NCBI GenBank assembly: GCA_951406725.2
Contig: OX597815.1
Location: 119,164,001-119,228,000 of the forward strand
Length of the DNA: 64,000 nucleotides
Origin: Octopus vulgaris
Lineage: Eukaryota
Direction of reading: 5' to 3'
Part shown: positions 1-13,678 of the stretch, one piece after another
Layout: every line of letters begins with the position of its first letter
Numbering within the stretch: the stretch's first letter is position 1
The notes under the pieces: generated by a model
The model's database searches: none
Told to the model about the DNA's origin: nothing
The model's input: the letters and a program-made list of their open reading frames with translations, nothing else
Program-made: the position numbers and the translations under genes

Positions 1-411
1 TGATCTCATATCAAGATTAACAGAGCATGACCTTGCAGCTAGAATTTTCTTCAGATTGAGTAGCCCATCCTGCTCAAAAGGTCCCTGAATAAGAGTTGTT
101 TAAGGATGTTGAACGAAACACCCCTGTTTCCAAAGGTGAATTATCCAAACCCCAAAGAATTCCTCTCAACACATAGCTATGATGTTCCCCTACTACATCT
201 GCTTGTGAGCAGAGATGCACATATTGTTGGCCACTAAGGGACATGCTCAACTGGTTAAGGTCAAACAACTGACAAGCAAATCTGTGGTATTGAGCAGAAT
301 ATTTGCTGTAGCCCATCTTTTATACCAAGACAAAACAATGTACATGATAACACTTCCAATCAGTTAAGATCAGAAGCCATGAGAACCGCCATCTGGTATT
401 GCATCAGGGCA
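1..411. repeat. Unclassified interspersed-repeat-like segment abutting an (ATT)n tract
   Basis: Higher complexity than the flanks, ends at (ATT)n 411-433; no recognisable protein motif. Confidence 0.3.
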
Positions 412-880
412 TTATTATTATTATTATTATTATCATTTTCATCAACTTTCAATTGTTTCCATTTCTTGCCGAGTGTCTTCTTGACACCTAGAGCAGAGAA
501 ATGTACTGTATACGTTGGCAGGCCGTTAAAACATGCACACCAGATTGTTCATTCACAGAGTCATGTGATAGAGAAAAAGGGAAAGACAGAGAGAAAAAGG
601 AAAAAATAAAAAGTAGATAAATAAACATTAAATAAAGGGGGAAAAGGAAAGAAAATTTACAGTGACAAGCTCTCTTTAATATGTGTGACATACCAGTTAA
701 GACAGTGTTTTGCACTTCCTGCCTGGCTAGTAAGCTAGGGATCATTTAAAAATAATTTTCAGTTCCTTTTTTGATCATTCCGAGTGCTCCTACAATCACT
801 GGTATTGTAACTGTCTTGAGATGCTACATCTTTTCAATTTTATTAGCAGATCTTTATATTTTCTGAGCTTATCAAATTTT
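412..880 (-). mobile_element. R4/Dong-clade (RLE) non-LTR retrotransposon 3' fragment with (TAA)n tail
   Basis: Minus strand reads DKLRKYKDLLI/IEKM*HLKTVTIPVIVGALGMIKKG then QEVQNTVLTGMSHILKRA, matching the RLE C-terminal K..KY.DL...W....V.PV.VGALG motif; one frameshift and one stop. Confidence 0.8.
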
Positions 881-896
881 ATTATTTATTGTTATT

Positions 897-1370
897 CATC
901 ATCATCATCATCATCATCCTTTAACGTCCGCTTTCCATGCTGGCATGGGTTAGACAATTTGACTGAGGACTGACAAACCAGATGGCTACACCAGGCTCCA
1001 ATCTTATCTGGCAGAGTTTCTACAGATGGATGCCCTTCCTAATGCCAACCACTCCGAGAGTGTAGTGGGTGCTTTTACGTGCCACCGGCATGAGGGCCAG
1101 TCAGGTGGTACTGACAACGACCACACTCAAATGATGTTCTTTACGTGCCTCCTGCACAGGAGCCAGTTCAGCGGCACTGGCAACAACCTCACTGTTTTTT
1201 CACGTACCACTTGCACAAGTGCCAGTAAGGCTATGCTGATAACGATCACGCTTGAATGGTGCTTTTTACGTGCCACCGGTACAGAAGCCAGTCAGCTGCT
1301 CTGGCAACGATCATGCTCAGATGGTGCTCTTAGAGCTCCACTGGCACAGGTGCCAGTCATCAAATTTGAT
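897..1370 (-). mobile_element. GAT-tailed SINE (family A) with internal ~55-bp monomers
   Basis: Reverse complement of ...GAGTGGTTGGCATTAGGAAGGGCATCC...AACCCATGCCAGCATGGAAAGCGGACGTTAAA(GAT)n. Other copies near 4826-5075(-), 7110-7355(+), 8302-8530(-), 9196-9466(+), 20843-21006(-), 22760-22950(+), 30740-30968(+), 36474-36626(-), 42992-43220(-), 53380-53578(+), 60210-60420(-). Confidence 0.85.
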
Positions 1371-1491
1371 TTCTCTACAAATTGTGTCTGTTTCATGCAA
1401 GCATGAAAGAGTAGGCATCAAAATAATGCTGATAAAAGAATGGTGCATATATATGGGTGTGTTTATATGTACATCTGTATATATGTGCAAA

Positions 1492-1542
<51 letters not shown>

Positions 1543-1757
1543 ATACAGTCATTAACCTCTATACATGGTTGGTGTGAATAAATGTTTATTATGTGAATTT
1601 AAATAGATATTTCACATGCGATTCCTATTTGGTCAAGTAGTTCAGATATTGTTTTCTATAACTTATGTATTTATATACATATCCTTACAACAAATGGTCA
1701 TATCTATTTGACAGTGTAAATTTGAAGGCAAGTGCAGCTATAAATATTATATATATA

Positions 1758-1789
<32 letters not shown>

Positions 1790-1846
1790 CACACACAAAT
1801 ATAGAATGGAAGGTGGATGTTAAATGATGATGCTGACATACGCATA

Positions 1847-1894
<48 letters not shown>

Positions 1895-3922
1895 CATACG
1901 TATATACATTTTGTGGGGAGAGAGGCAGCATGAGACATTAGGTTTATATCAGTACGCAGATAGATAAATAGATAGATTAGTTAAATTAAATTAGTAGTTA
2001 CATTAGATAATGTCTAGATAACATAATATTTATTGATGTGTAAAGATATAGGAGTCTGTAGAGAGACATCAGAGATTTAGACATTCTGTATAATTAGATA
2101 TTTGGTATAATTAACTAGCTATAGTTTTTGATAGCAGAGTTTATTTTAAAGGTTTCACATTGATTGCCAATATAGAAATATACATCTGAGTATACGTATA
2201 TCTATGTACTCTGTTGAGTAGTTGGTGAATGGAAGGGTTTCCTGCCATAGAAACCAAACCCAAAACAGAATGAGCAGTATGTAGTCTGTGACTTATCTAG
2301 GAGGGCATTCAGAGGGCAGTAACACTACATAAAAACTAACTAGGACCATGATAATGATGATTGTGGGATTAAGAAGTTTGCTTCCAGACCACATGGTTTC
2401 AGGTTCAATCACACTACATTGTACCTTAGGCTAGTGTCTTCTATTATAACCTGAGATCAACCAGATTCATGGAAACTGAAAGCCTTATTGTACATACATA
2501 GGTATGTGAATGTTTTTGTCTCCTTGTCTCGACATGGTGGGGTTGTTGTAAATGAATGTCATTCATTCTCCAATGTTCTGTGGAAAACTTCTCTACTCAT
2601 AGGGAAACATTATTTCCTTGGAAACAAGTAAGAGTTGATGACAGGAAGGACATCTGGCTCTAAACATTTTCCTTGATAAACTCCATCCAACCCATGCCAG
2701 TAGGCATTAAAACAAAGATGTGTATGTATGTGTGTATATGTATGTATGGATGTATATATAAATATGCACGCATGTGTGTGTGTGTTGGATATAATAAAGA
2801 GATTGCATTTTAAAGTGGAACTTGTCTTTAATGCCAACTAGTGAAGTAACAGACATCTTTCAGTCTTAGATCTCTTTGACAAACCACATTCACTGCAGTT
2901 GGCTAAGTTTAGAAGTGGTCAAACATGTACAGAAACAGAGGGGAAATAGTGTAGATGATTATACACATCAATAATAGGGCTGATAGAAACACCATTGGAT
3001 TTATTTTGCATGGTATATATATATATCATCTGGCCTCAGTTAAAGCTGGGCGTGAAAATCGGACCACCTTCCGAACACGCACAGGCTTACCGTCCGATGT
3101 ACGTCCGAAGCTACATGTAGCGGCTTCCCTGAACTGGAACTCAGCTCTACAAGAAAGCTTCAGTCTTTGGGAAGTAAGTATATACTTACTATATATACTT
3201 ACTATACTTACTATATATACTTACTATATATATCATGGTAGTGTCAGACAAACTCTTAGCTATCAGAGCCAGGCATATTAAATTTTGATTCATTTCACCA
3301 TGTGTTTTTGCATTTTTTTATTGACTAGTCTGGCAACATCTACAACTTGTGCTCCTGAATGCACTGAATGCAGGTTTGTCCTTGCACATATGTATTTATA
3401 TACTATATACATGTTTAAATATATATATATACAGAGAGAGGGGCAAATGCAAAATTAAAAAAAAGACAAGATAAAACTGCAAAAGCCAATTCATCATACA
3501 CAGTGAATATATTAGATTAACTCTCAGTGAAAGTTTTTAGATGAGAAAATAGGAGTGGAGAGGAAGTTTTGAACATGGCTCTCTGTCAGGTAGGGGTAAA
3601 AGTCCAGAGAGGAAAGAAAAGAAAGAAAGACTCGATGCTCCAGAGAAAAGTACATATGTCATTACATGGCTGAAAAATAACTGACTGGAATTTGGAGAGA
3701 GATAGAGAATGTGGGTTTTTTGAAGGTAGGAGAGTGCAAAAATGGCTATCATGTCTGTGAAAGAGATACTCATGTGTGTAGTGTGTATATGTGTATATAT
3801 GTTCTCTTTATAAGTATGTGCATGGGTGCAGGGGTAGCATGTTTGTATATTAGGGTGTGCTGTGTGGGATGGTAGCACTAACAGCCTATCTTAAAGGTAA
3901 CATTTTCGGACTGAAATGGTCT

Positions 3923-3964
<42 letters not shown>

Positions 3965-4403
3965 TTTAGTGTATATATTATTGTCTACTTTCATTTCCAG
4001 CTTCTCATCTTCAGTTATGTTCTGGTTTCCTCATTGTTTCATTCTAGGTAGTTCGTATTTGGTTATATTCTTGTTTGTTGATCATTGATTACATTCTAGT
4101 TCATTTAACTTTGGTTATGTTGATGGTTCTTTATCTTTGTTGAAGCCTAATGGTTCTTTATGTTTGGTTATATTCTTGTCTCATCATCTTCAGTTATATC
4201 GTTGGTTTTTCCATTTTGTTGATTTTATATTTATAGTTAGTTCTTCTGCTATGATTATACTTTTCATTGTATGTTTGCACATGCATGCATGCATACATAC
4301 ATACATACATGTTCTTTTATATTGTTAAGCAAGATATATATTTAGTTTCTTATATTTCATATATGGTTCTATGTATATACTCTTATATATATATGTATAT
4401 ATG

Positions 4404-4448
<45 letters not shown>

Positions 4449-4459
4449 ACACACACACT

Positions 4460-4532
<73 letters not shown>

Positions 4533-5749
4533 ATATTTTTATACATATGTATATGTTTTTACGTTTTACAAAGCTGTACAGTTGATTGTGTCAGCCCCCA
4601 TACTTACTTCATCTGTGTCAAAACCATTCTTAGTTATAGCATATAACTGAAGAGTCATCAATATTGCCAAATGCCATTGTTGGCATGAAACCATCAGCAA
4701 CATTCTGACTAGTTAAATGTTATAACCTGGAATATCCTGCTAAACAATATGACAGTTTAACCCCCTCAATTTCTCTGTTAGACTATGCTTTTTTTCTGAC
4801 TTATGGACAACTGTTCAATAACTATATCATCATCATCATGTAATATCTGTTTTCCATGCCGGCATGGGTTGGATGGTTTGACAAGAACTGGCAAACTGGA
4901 GAGCTGCACCAGGCTCCAGTTCTTTGTTTTGTCTTGGCTTCTATGATTGGATGCCCTTCTTAATGCTACGTGGCACCAGCACTGGTACTTTTTATGTGGC
5001 ACTGGCATAGGTGTTTTTTCATGGCACAGGTGCTTCTTACATGGCACCAGCATGAGCAGGGTTACCAAGTAACTTGCAAGACAAAGATCTCTTTGTTGAG
5101 AGAGTGAATAGAGCTGAAAGAAGTAGCTGTGTGTCAGGTGGGAGGTTGGAGTATGATAGAGGGACAAAAATAGTTGTCTTACTATATGGAGATATTTAGC
5201 TACCCCAATATATATATATATATTTATTTATTTACAAACGTATAAACACACACACACACACATACACGCGCGCACGCACACACACACGTGCAATCATACA
5301 CACACAAACACACACATGTGCACACACACACACACACATATATACCTTCAATTATATCATATATTTATTTGTTTTATCATTCATTTAAGCAATTATTCTT
5401 TTGAGAATTCACAATTTTTCTTACAAATGGAATCCATTAAGTTTTTACAAATAAATAGCCAAAAAAAAAAAAAAAAGAACATGTGCACAAACAACTCAGA
5501 TTTTTTAAATATCAATAATTCTAACTTTGAGATAAATTGTGAGAATGTATATTTGTATTAAAATAAATGAATAAACAAAGAAACAAAAGTAGATAGACTG
5601 AAATGTCAAACATAATCTTTTCATTAAGTTTCTATATTGTTTTAAATAATTCAAAGTTAACTTTTCATTTAATCTCTCTATCCCCCACTCTCTCTCATAC
5701 ACACACACAACTGCTAATTCCAGCACATTAGTCAACTGACTGTGTATAG

Positions 5750-6029
5750 TAATGGTTCTCAACCATTTTTATTTTACTTATGACCCTTTTTGATTCCTAT
5801 TTTATTCAGGTGGACCCTCATAGCCATTTGATGTTTAAAAAAATTGTTTTATCATCATCAGCATCATTTATATTTTTATAATTAAAAATTATAAGAAATT
5901 GTTCAAAAAAAGAATGCCAAAATATCTTGTCAATCACATAATTATAACCAATTGATTACACGTAAGTTTTAATAACAAGGCCTTATGTGGACCCCCAAGG
6001 ATCATGTAGACCCTGATTAAGAACTACTA
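5750..6029. mobile_element. hAT-like MITE
   Basis: Termini TAATGGTTCTCAAC / GATTAAGAACTACTA; 8-bp TSD GTGTATAG (5742-5749) / GTGTAGAG (6030-6037); same family as 46541-47201 in opposite orientation. Confidence 0.75.
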
Positions 6030-6509
6030 GTGTAGAGGTTTGCTTAGTTATTGTTTAGGCCCCTTGTTAGCTCTGATCTAATTAATAAGTGATAAAGGAA
6101 GACATTGCAGTTGTGAGCATTCTACCACTTTGGACCACATTGACAAATCTGTTCTTTCTTCTTCTAAGACTTCTTACTAGTCATTCATCTACATCTGGTT
6201 TTCTTTGCAACACCTAGGCTATACAATTGTGGTACCCTGTCAGAAGTCTTCTCCACATTAACAAATGCCAGATATAGTAGCTTACTCTTAGCTAAAAACT
6301 TCTCTTGGTGTTATTTTCAGTGTGATTTTGTCCCTTCAGTGAAAGATACCACATTGATCATTTGGAGCTAGTCAGGAACTGTTCCTACATAGAAAACAGC
6401 AAAAAAAAAAAAAAAAGTTTGCTGGTGGGCGCAAGGCTTGCCAACTGGGAATTCATTCAGTATAAGCACACACACGAAGTATAGAGTGTTTTAATAAGAA
6501 TGTTCTTAT

Positions 6510-6880
6510 CTTTTATCGTGTTTCAGTCATTAGACTGTTACCATGCTGGGGCACCACCTTGAAGAATTTTAGTCAAAAAAATCAACCCCATTACTTTTTT
6601 TACTTATTCTATCAGTCTCTTATGCCAAACTACTAAGTTATGGGGATGTAAACACACCAGCACTGGTTGTCAATTGGTGGTGGGATACACACACACACAC
6701 TCATGCGCACGCACACACACACACACACACACACTGGGCTTATTTTCACTTTTCATCTATCAAATCTATGGACAAAGCTTTGGTCAGCTTGGAGCAGAAG
6801 ACACTTGCCCAAGGTGGCATGCAGTAGGACTGAACTTGGAGCCATGTGCTTGGGAGGCAAATTCCTTACTACACAGTCAT
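6510..6880 (-). mobile_element. tRNA-headed CORE-like SINE (family B)
   Basis: Reverse complement of the ...CCACCTTGGGCAAGTGTCTTCT... core and the ...CAGCATGG...TGACTGAAAC 3' part; (CA)n in the middle. Confidence 0.75.
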
Positions 6881-7809
6881 ACCAGCATCTACATAAATTC
6901 TTTTATTCTTTTATTTGTTTCAGTCATTTGACTGCTGCCATGCTGGAGCACTGCCTTTAGTTGAACAAATTGACCCCAGGACTTATTCTTTGTAAGCTTA
7001 GTACTTATTCCATCTGTCCCTTTTGCCAAATTGCTAAGTTACAGGGATGTAAACATGCCAGAATTGGTTGTCAAGTGATGGTGGGGAACAAACACATACA
7101 TATATGCTGCCTGGTGCCACGTAAAAAGCACCATTCGTGCATAGTCGATGCCAGTGCCACCTGACTGGCCCCATGCTGGTGGCATGTAAAATCACCCACT
7201 ACACACTCAGAATGGCTGGTGTTAGGAAGGGAATCCAGCTGTAGAAACCTTGCCGGATCAGATTGGAGCCTGATGCAGCCTCCTGGCTTGCCAGTCCACA
7301 GTCAAACCGTCCAACTCATGCCAGCATGGAAAGCAGATGTTAAACAATGATGATGATATGAATATGACAGCCTTCTTTCAGTTTCCATCTACCAAATCCA
7401 CTCACTAGGCTTGTGAGTGGATTTAGTAGAAGACACTCGCCCAAGGTGTCACATTGTTTGTTGTTGCAATGTATGCTCTCAGTTTTGTGAATACTTGTAC
7501 ACATTACTGCATATACACACAGCAATGTGATGTTCATAGAAACTGACTCATTCATTTATGCATACATGTCTGTATATACAGATTATAAGCTTACATGTTC
7601 ACATATGCACAGTCATATATGAGAATACATATATATTTATATGTGCACACCAGTATATGCATACACACACACATACACAGTGTATGAAATTTTCCATAAT
7701 TCATTATAACATGTATTAACAAAACAAAAGTAGAAAACTTTTACAAATACCATAATTTTTATTAAATGAAATCTTCAAAACTTCCTGTATTAAAATCATA
7801 TGGACAAAA

Positions 7810-8260
7810 TGTGTTCCTACTGTTAAATCTTTTGAGTACTGATTGGCAAGCTTCAAGGCATAAATCTGTTGTCATGTTAGTAAATTCATCAATAATTTCA
7901 GCATCTAAGTCTTGAAAGATGCTGTTGTTGCTTTGACAGACGTTCTTAAAATATCCTCACATGAAGAAATTAGGAACTGTCATATCAGGAGATCTTGGAT
8001 GCTATTTAGAAAATGTCTCTTAGCATCTTGTCCATTGGTTAAGTAAATGTTTATTTAATCTTGCTGTTGTTTCGTTTGCACAATGATGGCCCCCATCTTG
8101 CTGAAATATTTATGAATTACTGTCAAACAAAATGAGAAAAACAGGCCAGTTAATATCTAGGCATAATGATCAGCACTGCATGTATCATCAAAAATGAAAT
8201 GTCCTGTTACACAGGAACTGTGAATTGTTGCTGCTAAAACATACAATCCAGCTCTAGTCA
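7810..8260 (-). mobile_element. Tc1/mariner-superfamily transposase C-terminal remnant
   Basis: Minus strand: FQQDGA...*HPRSPDMTVPNFFM*GYFK...DLDAEI, a decayed WPPRSPDLTP.DFFLWGYLK motif. Confidence 0.7.
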
Positions 8261-8649
8261 CACTCTTTGTAACTGCATCATGAGGTTATCTGCAGTACTA
8301 AACATCATCAGTTTAATGTCTACTTTTCCTTGCTGGAATGGATCAGATGGAATTCATTCAAGCAAATTTTCTATGGTCAGAAGCCCTTCCTATCACCAAC
8401 CTTCACATGTTTCCAAGCAAGATAATATTTCTCCATGGTTGACAGGTTTTTATAGGAGACTGGAAACAAGGGAACACTTTGTATGACAATGAGGTTCATT
8501 TATAACTATCACATGTCAAGACAAGGTGTCACTAACACTTATACATACTCAAACACACTCGTGATGGGCTTCTTTCAGTTTCCATCTACCAAATCTACTC
8601 ACAAGACTTTGGTTGGCCCACGGATTATAGTAGTTATGATCTAGAGAAC

Positions 8650-8790
8650 AGTAAAAAAACAGTAGGGATCTGAGAATGTAACTATAAGATACACCAACCT
8701 GCATGTAAAATTTTTTACAGACCTCATTGCTAGCTTTTACCTTGTGAATAACATCTCTGTATATGGCATACTTGACTCTCACAGGCCACT
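8650..8790 (-). mobile_element. RTE-clade LINE reverse transcriptase fragment
   Basis: IYRDVIHKVKASNEVCKKFYMQVGVSYSYILRSLLFF resembles the RT segment MY....S.V.......F.V.VGVHQGSVLSPLLF. Confidence 0.65.
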
Positions 8791-9556
8791 CAATTATATA
8801 GATTTAGTTTTCTGTGTTTTATATGTTCTATGTATATACTTTTATATATTTGTATAAATTTTTATATGTATGTATACATATATGTGTATTATACATATTT
8901 ATACAGTTGATTGCATCAGCCCCACTACTTATTTCATCTGTCTTGAAATATCTGATTTGTGTGTGTGTGTGCGTGGGTGCGTGCGTGTGTAACTTTATCA
9001 AAACTGAAGATTAGAGTGTGCCTCATAAATCAAGTTTCACCCACTGCAATCTTCAGGCCAGTTTCACCTGAAGAACTCAGTGGCATGAAACTTGAGACAC
9101 ACGCAGACCTTAAGCTTCAGTTTCAACAAAAGACATATCCTCAACCCTATGTACTGAGGTTGAACACTCACTTTCTCATTCAATTGACATAAAACAATGT
9201 GCCTGGCTCCCGTACCGGTGGCACGCAAAAACCACTATCCAAACATGGTCGATGCCAGGGCCGCTCGACTGGCTCTTGTGCCGATGGCACGTAAAAAGTA
9301 CCCACTACACTCTCAGAGTGGTTGGTGTTAAAAAGGGTGTCCAGCTGTAGAAACATTGCCAGATCAGATTGGAGCTTAGTGCAGCTGCTGGCTTTCCAGA
9401 TTTCAGTCAAATTGTCCAACCCATGCTAGCATGGACAACGGACGTTAAACAATGATGATGATGATTGATATATATGTGTGTGTGTGTTTTAAATAAAATG
9501 AGACAACAAAGCCAAGGCTGTGCAGAATTTATAGAACATTTATAAAGAGAAAAGTA

Positions 9557-9604
9557 GTCTTAAAGCTGTTTCAGGGATATTAGGCGTATCCCTTGATCAA
9601 AGAC
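9557..9604 (-). ncRNA. Degenerate type I hammerhead ribozyme in a Penelope pLTR-like segment
   Basis: Minus: GTCT-TTGATCA-AGGGATA cgcctaa TATCCCT-GAAA-CAGCT-TTA-AGAC; stems I and II intact, core mutated from CUGAUGA. Confidence 0.55.
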
Positions 9605-9749
9605 ATTATGAAAGAGTTAACTAGAGGGGAAATAGTTGAGTTTGATATAAGGAGTTAATTTGAAAAAAGATGGATATAGGAAGTATAAAGGGAAATAAGA
9701 GAATAGAAATAAAAGTAAAAATATATGTAGAATGTTACAGTTGCAGTTC

Positions 9750-9769
9750 CATATATATGTGTGTGTGTG

Positions 9770-9837
<68 letters not shown>

Positions 9838-9953
9838 TATATGTATGTATATATATATGTATGTATATATATATGTATGTATATATATATGTATGTATAT
9901 ATATATGTATGTATATATATATGTATGTATGTATATATATATGTATGTATATA

Positions 9954-10040
<87 letters not shown>

Positions 10041-10103
10041 GTATATATATATATGTATATATATATATGTATATGTATACTCTCAAGTAAAAGAGTATAT
10101 ATT

Positions 10104-10134
<31 letters not shown>

Positions 10135-10269
10135 ATATTTATATATATATATATATATATGTATGTATATATTTATATATATATATATATATGTATGTAT
10201 ATATTTATATATATATATATATATGTATGTATATATTTATATATATATATATATATGTATGTATATATT

Positions 10270-10300
<31 letters not shown>

Positions 10301-10325
10301 ATATTTATATATATATATATGTATG

Positions 10326-10378
<53 letters not shown>

Positions 10379-10814
10379 ATATATCCTTGTGATATGTGTT
10401 TTCACTATATATTTGGGGATATTCATCAAATATTCATTCTGTAGATGGTCAGGTGTTCAGATTTCCAGCTCACTCAAGTGAAGCAACATCCATCAGAAAC
10501 TCCACACTCCATTATGCACACACTACTAGTCCCATCGTACACTAAATTCCTCACCAACTGCACGTCTTTCCATTGATAAATGTCAAAGTAATCTAGGTAA
10601 TAAACTACATACACTAACAGTTGGACACATGCACTCACACAACAATAAAATGTTTGTGGCTGCATGTGTATACATTTCTATGTGTGTGTTTGTGTGTATA
10701 CATATATACATATATATATACATACATACATACATACATACATACATGTGCGTGTGCATGTCTGTGTGTGTATATATATGTATATGTGTGTGTGTATATA
10801 TATATATGTATATA

Positions 10815-10856
<42 letters not shown>

Positions 10857-11050
10857 TATGTGTGTGTGTGTATGTATACATGTGTATATATATATGTGTG
10901 TGTGTATGTATACATGTGTATATATATATGTGTGTGTGTATGTATACATGTGTATATATATATGTGTGTGTGTGTATGTATACATGTGTATATATATGTG
11001 TATATATGTATGCATATATATATATATCTTTTTATATATATGCATGTGTA
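9750..11050. repeat. Compound (TA)n/(TATG)n/(TG)n microsatellite fields
   Basis: Directly visible at 9750-10385 and 10680-11050; source of the YIYI ORFs. Confidence 0.95.
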
Positions 11051-13678
11051 TATTTTATGTTCTACATTTGTTCACTCAGTTGAGAACACATTTGCTGTAT
11101 AAATAGACTTACGTAAAAATAGTTTTAACACATGCATTTGTATATGCATGTGCAGTCATATGCGCGCGCACAAACATCCACACTCACACAGACTCAGCGA
11201 GAACAAAAAGAAGATTTGGAGACTTAGTCATGTCTCAACTGGCTTCAGAAAAACAAAAATAAAACTTAACTCATTCTTGCATACACACTCTTGCTTGCAC
11301 ACACAAGCATATACATGACATGTACGTAGCCTCACATATTCATACACACTTATAAAAGTAGGCATTTTCACTTTGACACAAACATTCTATATTATGCATA
11401 ATTACATTGCAATTTACATATATGTCTTAGCTCTCATACACACATTCACTTTATCTATCTGTCTATTTCTCTCTCTTTCTTTCCTTCTTTCTCTCCCTTA
11501 TTATTACTCTATTTCTCTTTCACACACGTAACCCCAACCCATAGAATCATGGGAAGATTAGTCTAGGAGTGAGAAGGGAAAAGTTGGTTAGATTCTATAG
11601 ACAGAAATGCTGAAAACTCTCCTTTTATTCTTTCTTTTTCTTTTATATATTCTTTACTATTCTTCTTCTGTCATCTTCTCTGCTGCTGCTGCTGCCACCA
11701 TTCTTTCTGCTGATGTTGTTGTTATTGTCTGCGCAGAATTTGTGTCAGTACTCTATCTTACTGCCACTAACTTCCCATACAGCTGCACAGATATTTCAAA
11801 GTGTGTGTGTGTGCATGAGCATGTGTGCATGTACACATGCTTGCATTTGTATGTGTGCAAGAATTATGAGGAAGAAATAAAGTAAGCATTAGATGGATCA
11901 CGAACCTACATTGCTTGTCTAAATGCCCAACTATGTTTATCAGTTTAACAACCAGCTTTCTTCTATATTTGACTGTAATTTTCTTTTATGAGCAACTCTT
12001 TCACCTTTTATTTCTTGTTTTTTCATTATAGCTTCATTAATCCAATATGCCATCCCTTGTATGATGGCTCAACCATTTTTCATGTTTTTGGCTTAATTAA
12101 AAGGGTAGCATATACAACCTTTTGCAAGGCATCTGAGATTGAAGTGCAAAAGTAAGAAAGAAACTATAAACCATAAAATGCTTCAGAAGGAAGCTGTGAA
12201 TCAAATTATCTACATACCCACAGAATACTGACTGCAGAGGGGTTTCTAATACAATATATTCCTGTGTCCACAGGGCTGGAATATATTATGTCTACCACCC
12301 AAGAACATGTACAATCCATATGACAAGCTTCCACCATTTTTCATATCTGCTCAATTCCAATCATAAGACTTATGTTGATCTGAGTTTAAAAAAGACACTT
12401 GGTCAAGGTTCCATGCAGTGGGATTGAGCCAGGAACCACATGATTACAAAGCAAACATGTTAAGAGTATAGCCATCACCACCACCACCATCATCATCATC
12501 ATCACAAGGAGAAGGAAAAGGAAACAAAGAAAGAGATATAGCATAAGCCTGCATCAAACTTTATTAGCTTTTTCTCTCTTCTTTCTACTTTTCATTGAAA
12601 GAGTGTATAAAAACCTAAACTGTCATATCATCAGTAGTTTTGAGGTAATGTTGGGGAATAAGCAAGATTGAGATATATATATATGTGGAGAGAAACATAA
12701 CATTTGCAATAACTGGAGAGTGAATTGGTAGAAAAATATCAAGGAGGAATCATAAAGGAAAAAATTGGGAAAAACAAAAGATGGTTAAAGAAGAAAATTT
12801 TGATAAGAAAATGTAGAAAAAAAGTAGGAATAGGAATAACCTCAGAGATATGTTAAATTGTAGTAGAGAAAAAGAAAGTTTTGTAGATATGATGTCAGGA
12901 AGTGGGAATGGTATGCGTGTAAATCTAGTAGATATGTAAATGAAAAATATTTAGAGTAAAAGATATAAAGTAAGGCAAAAAACTATATAATTGTGGTCCT
13001 ATTTCCTATCTCAAAGTGTTGATCCAAATAAAAGACTGTCGTTTGATGTACTTCTTTGTAATTATGATGTCAGACTGATCATGCTGAAATAATAAGCTCA
13101 AAACATGCATAGATAAGACAATTAAAACCTTCTTTATAGGTTGGTTACTTGACAATTTTTTGGAGAATCCTTTTGACTTAGATTTGATGTAAAAGTGACT
13201 TATTTGCTTTTATTGTTGTTGTTGTTGTTGTCGTCGTCATCATCATCATTATTACTATTATTATTATCATTATCATCATCATTATTATTATTATTACCAT
13301 TGCTGCTGCTGCTGCTACTACTACTACTACTTGTAATCAGCCAAATGTTCTTTTCTTTTCTCTCTCTTTCGAATGAGCTCTACAATGAGCATGTAGCAGC
13401 AGCAGTGCAATCATAGACATATAAGCAATACTCTAATGTAGGCTACTTTGTACAGGGTTCAGAAACTAATCACAGTGAAGTATAGTCTGGCCCAAAAGTG
13501 GAAACCTAGTCTTTGGAAAGTAGTTTTGGCAGTTTTATAGACAAGAAGTTTCCATGGGAAATAATCAGAGACTGTGAGATATTTGTTGCGATGTTGAAGA
13601 TTTTAGCTGTATGTTATGATATATAGTGCATAATGGTCTATAATGATGATATAATGAAGACTGCTTCTTCAATATGTA

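Noticed and set aside
11607-11885. Signal-peptide-like hydrophobic ORF
   Set aside because: Hydrophobicity comes from T-rich and (GCT)/(GTT) simple repeats; no domain or splice evidence
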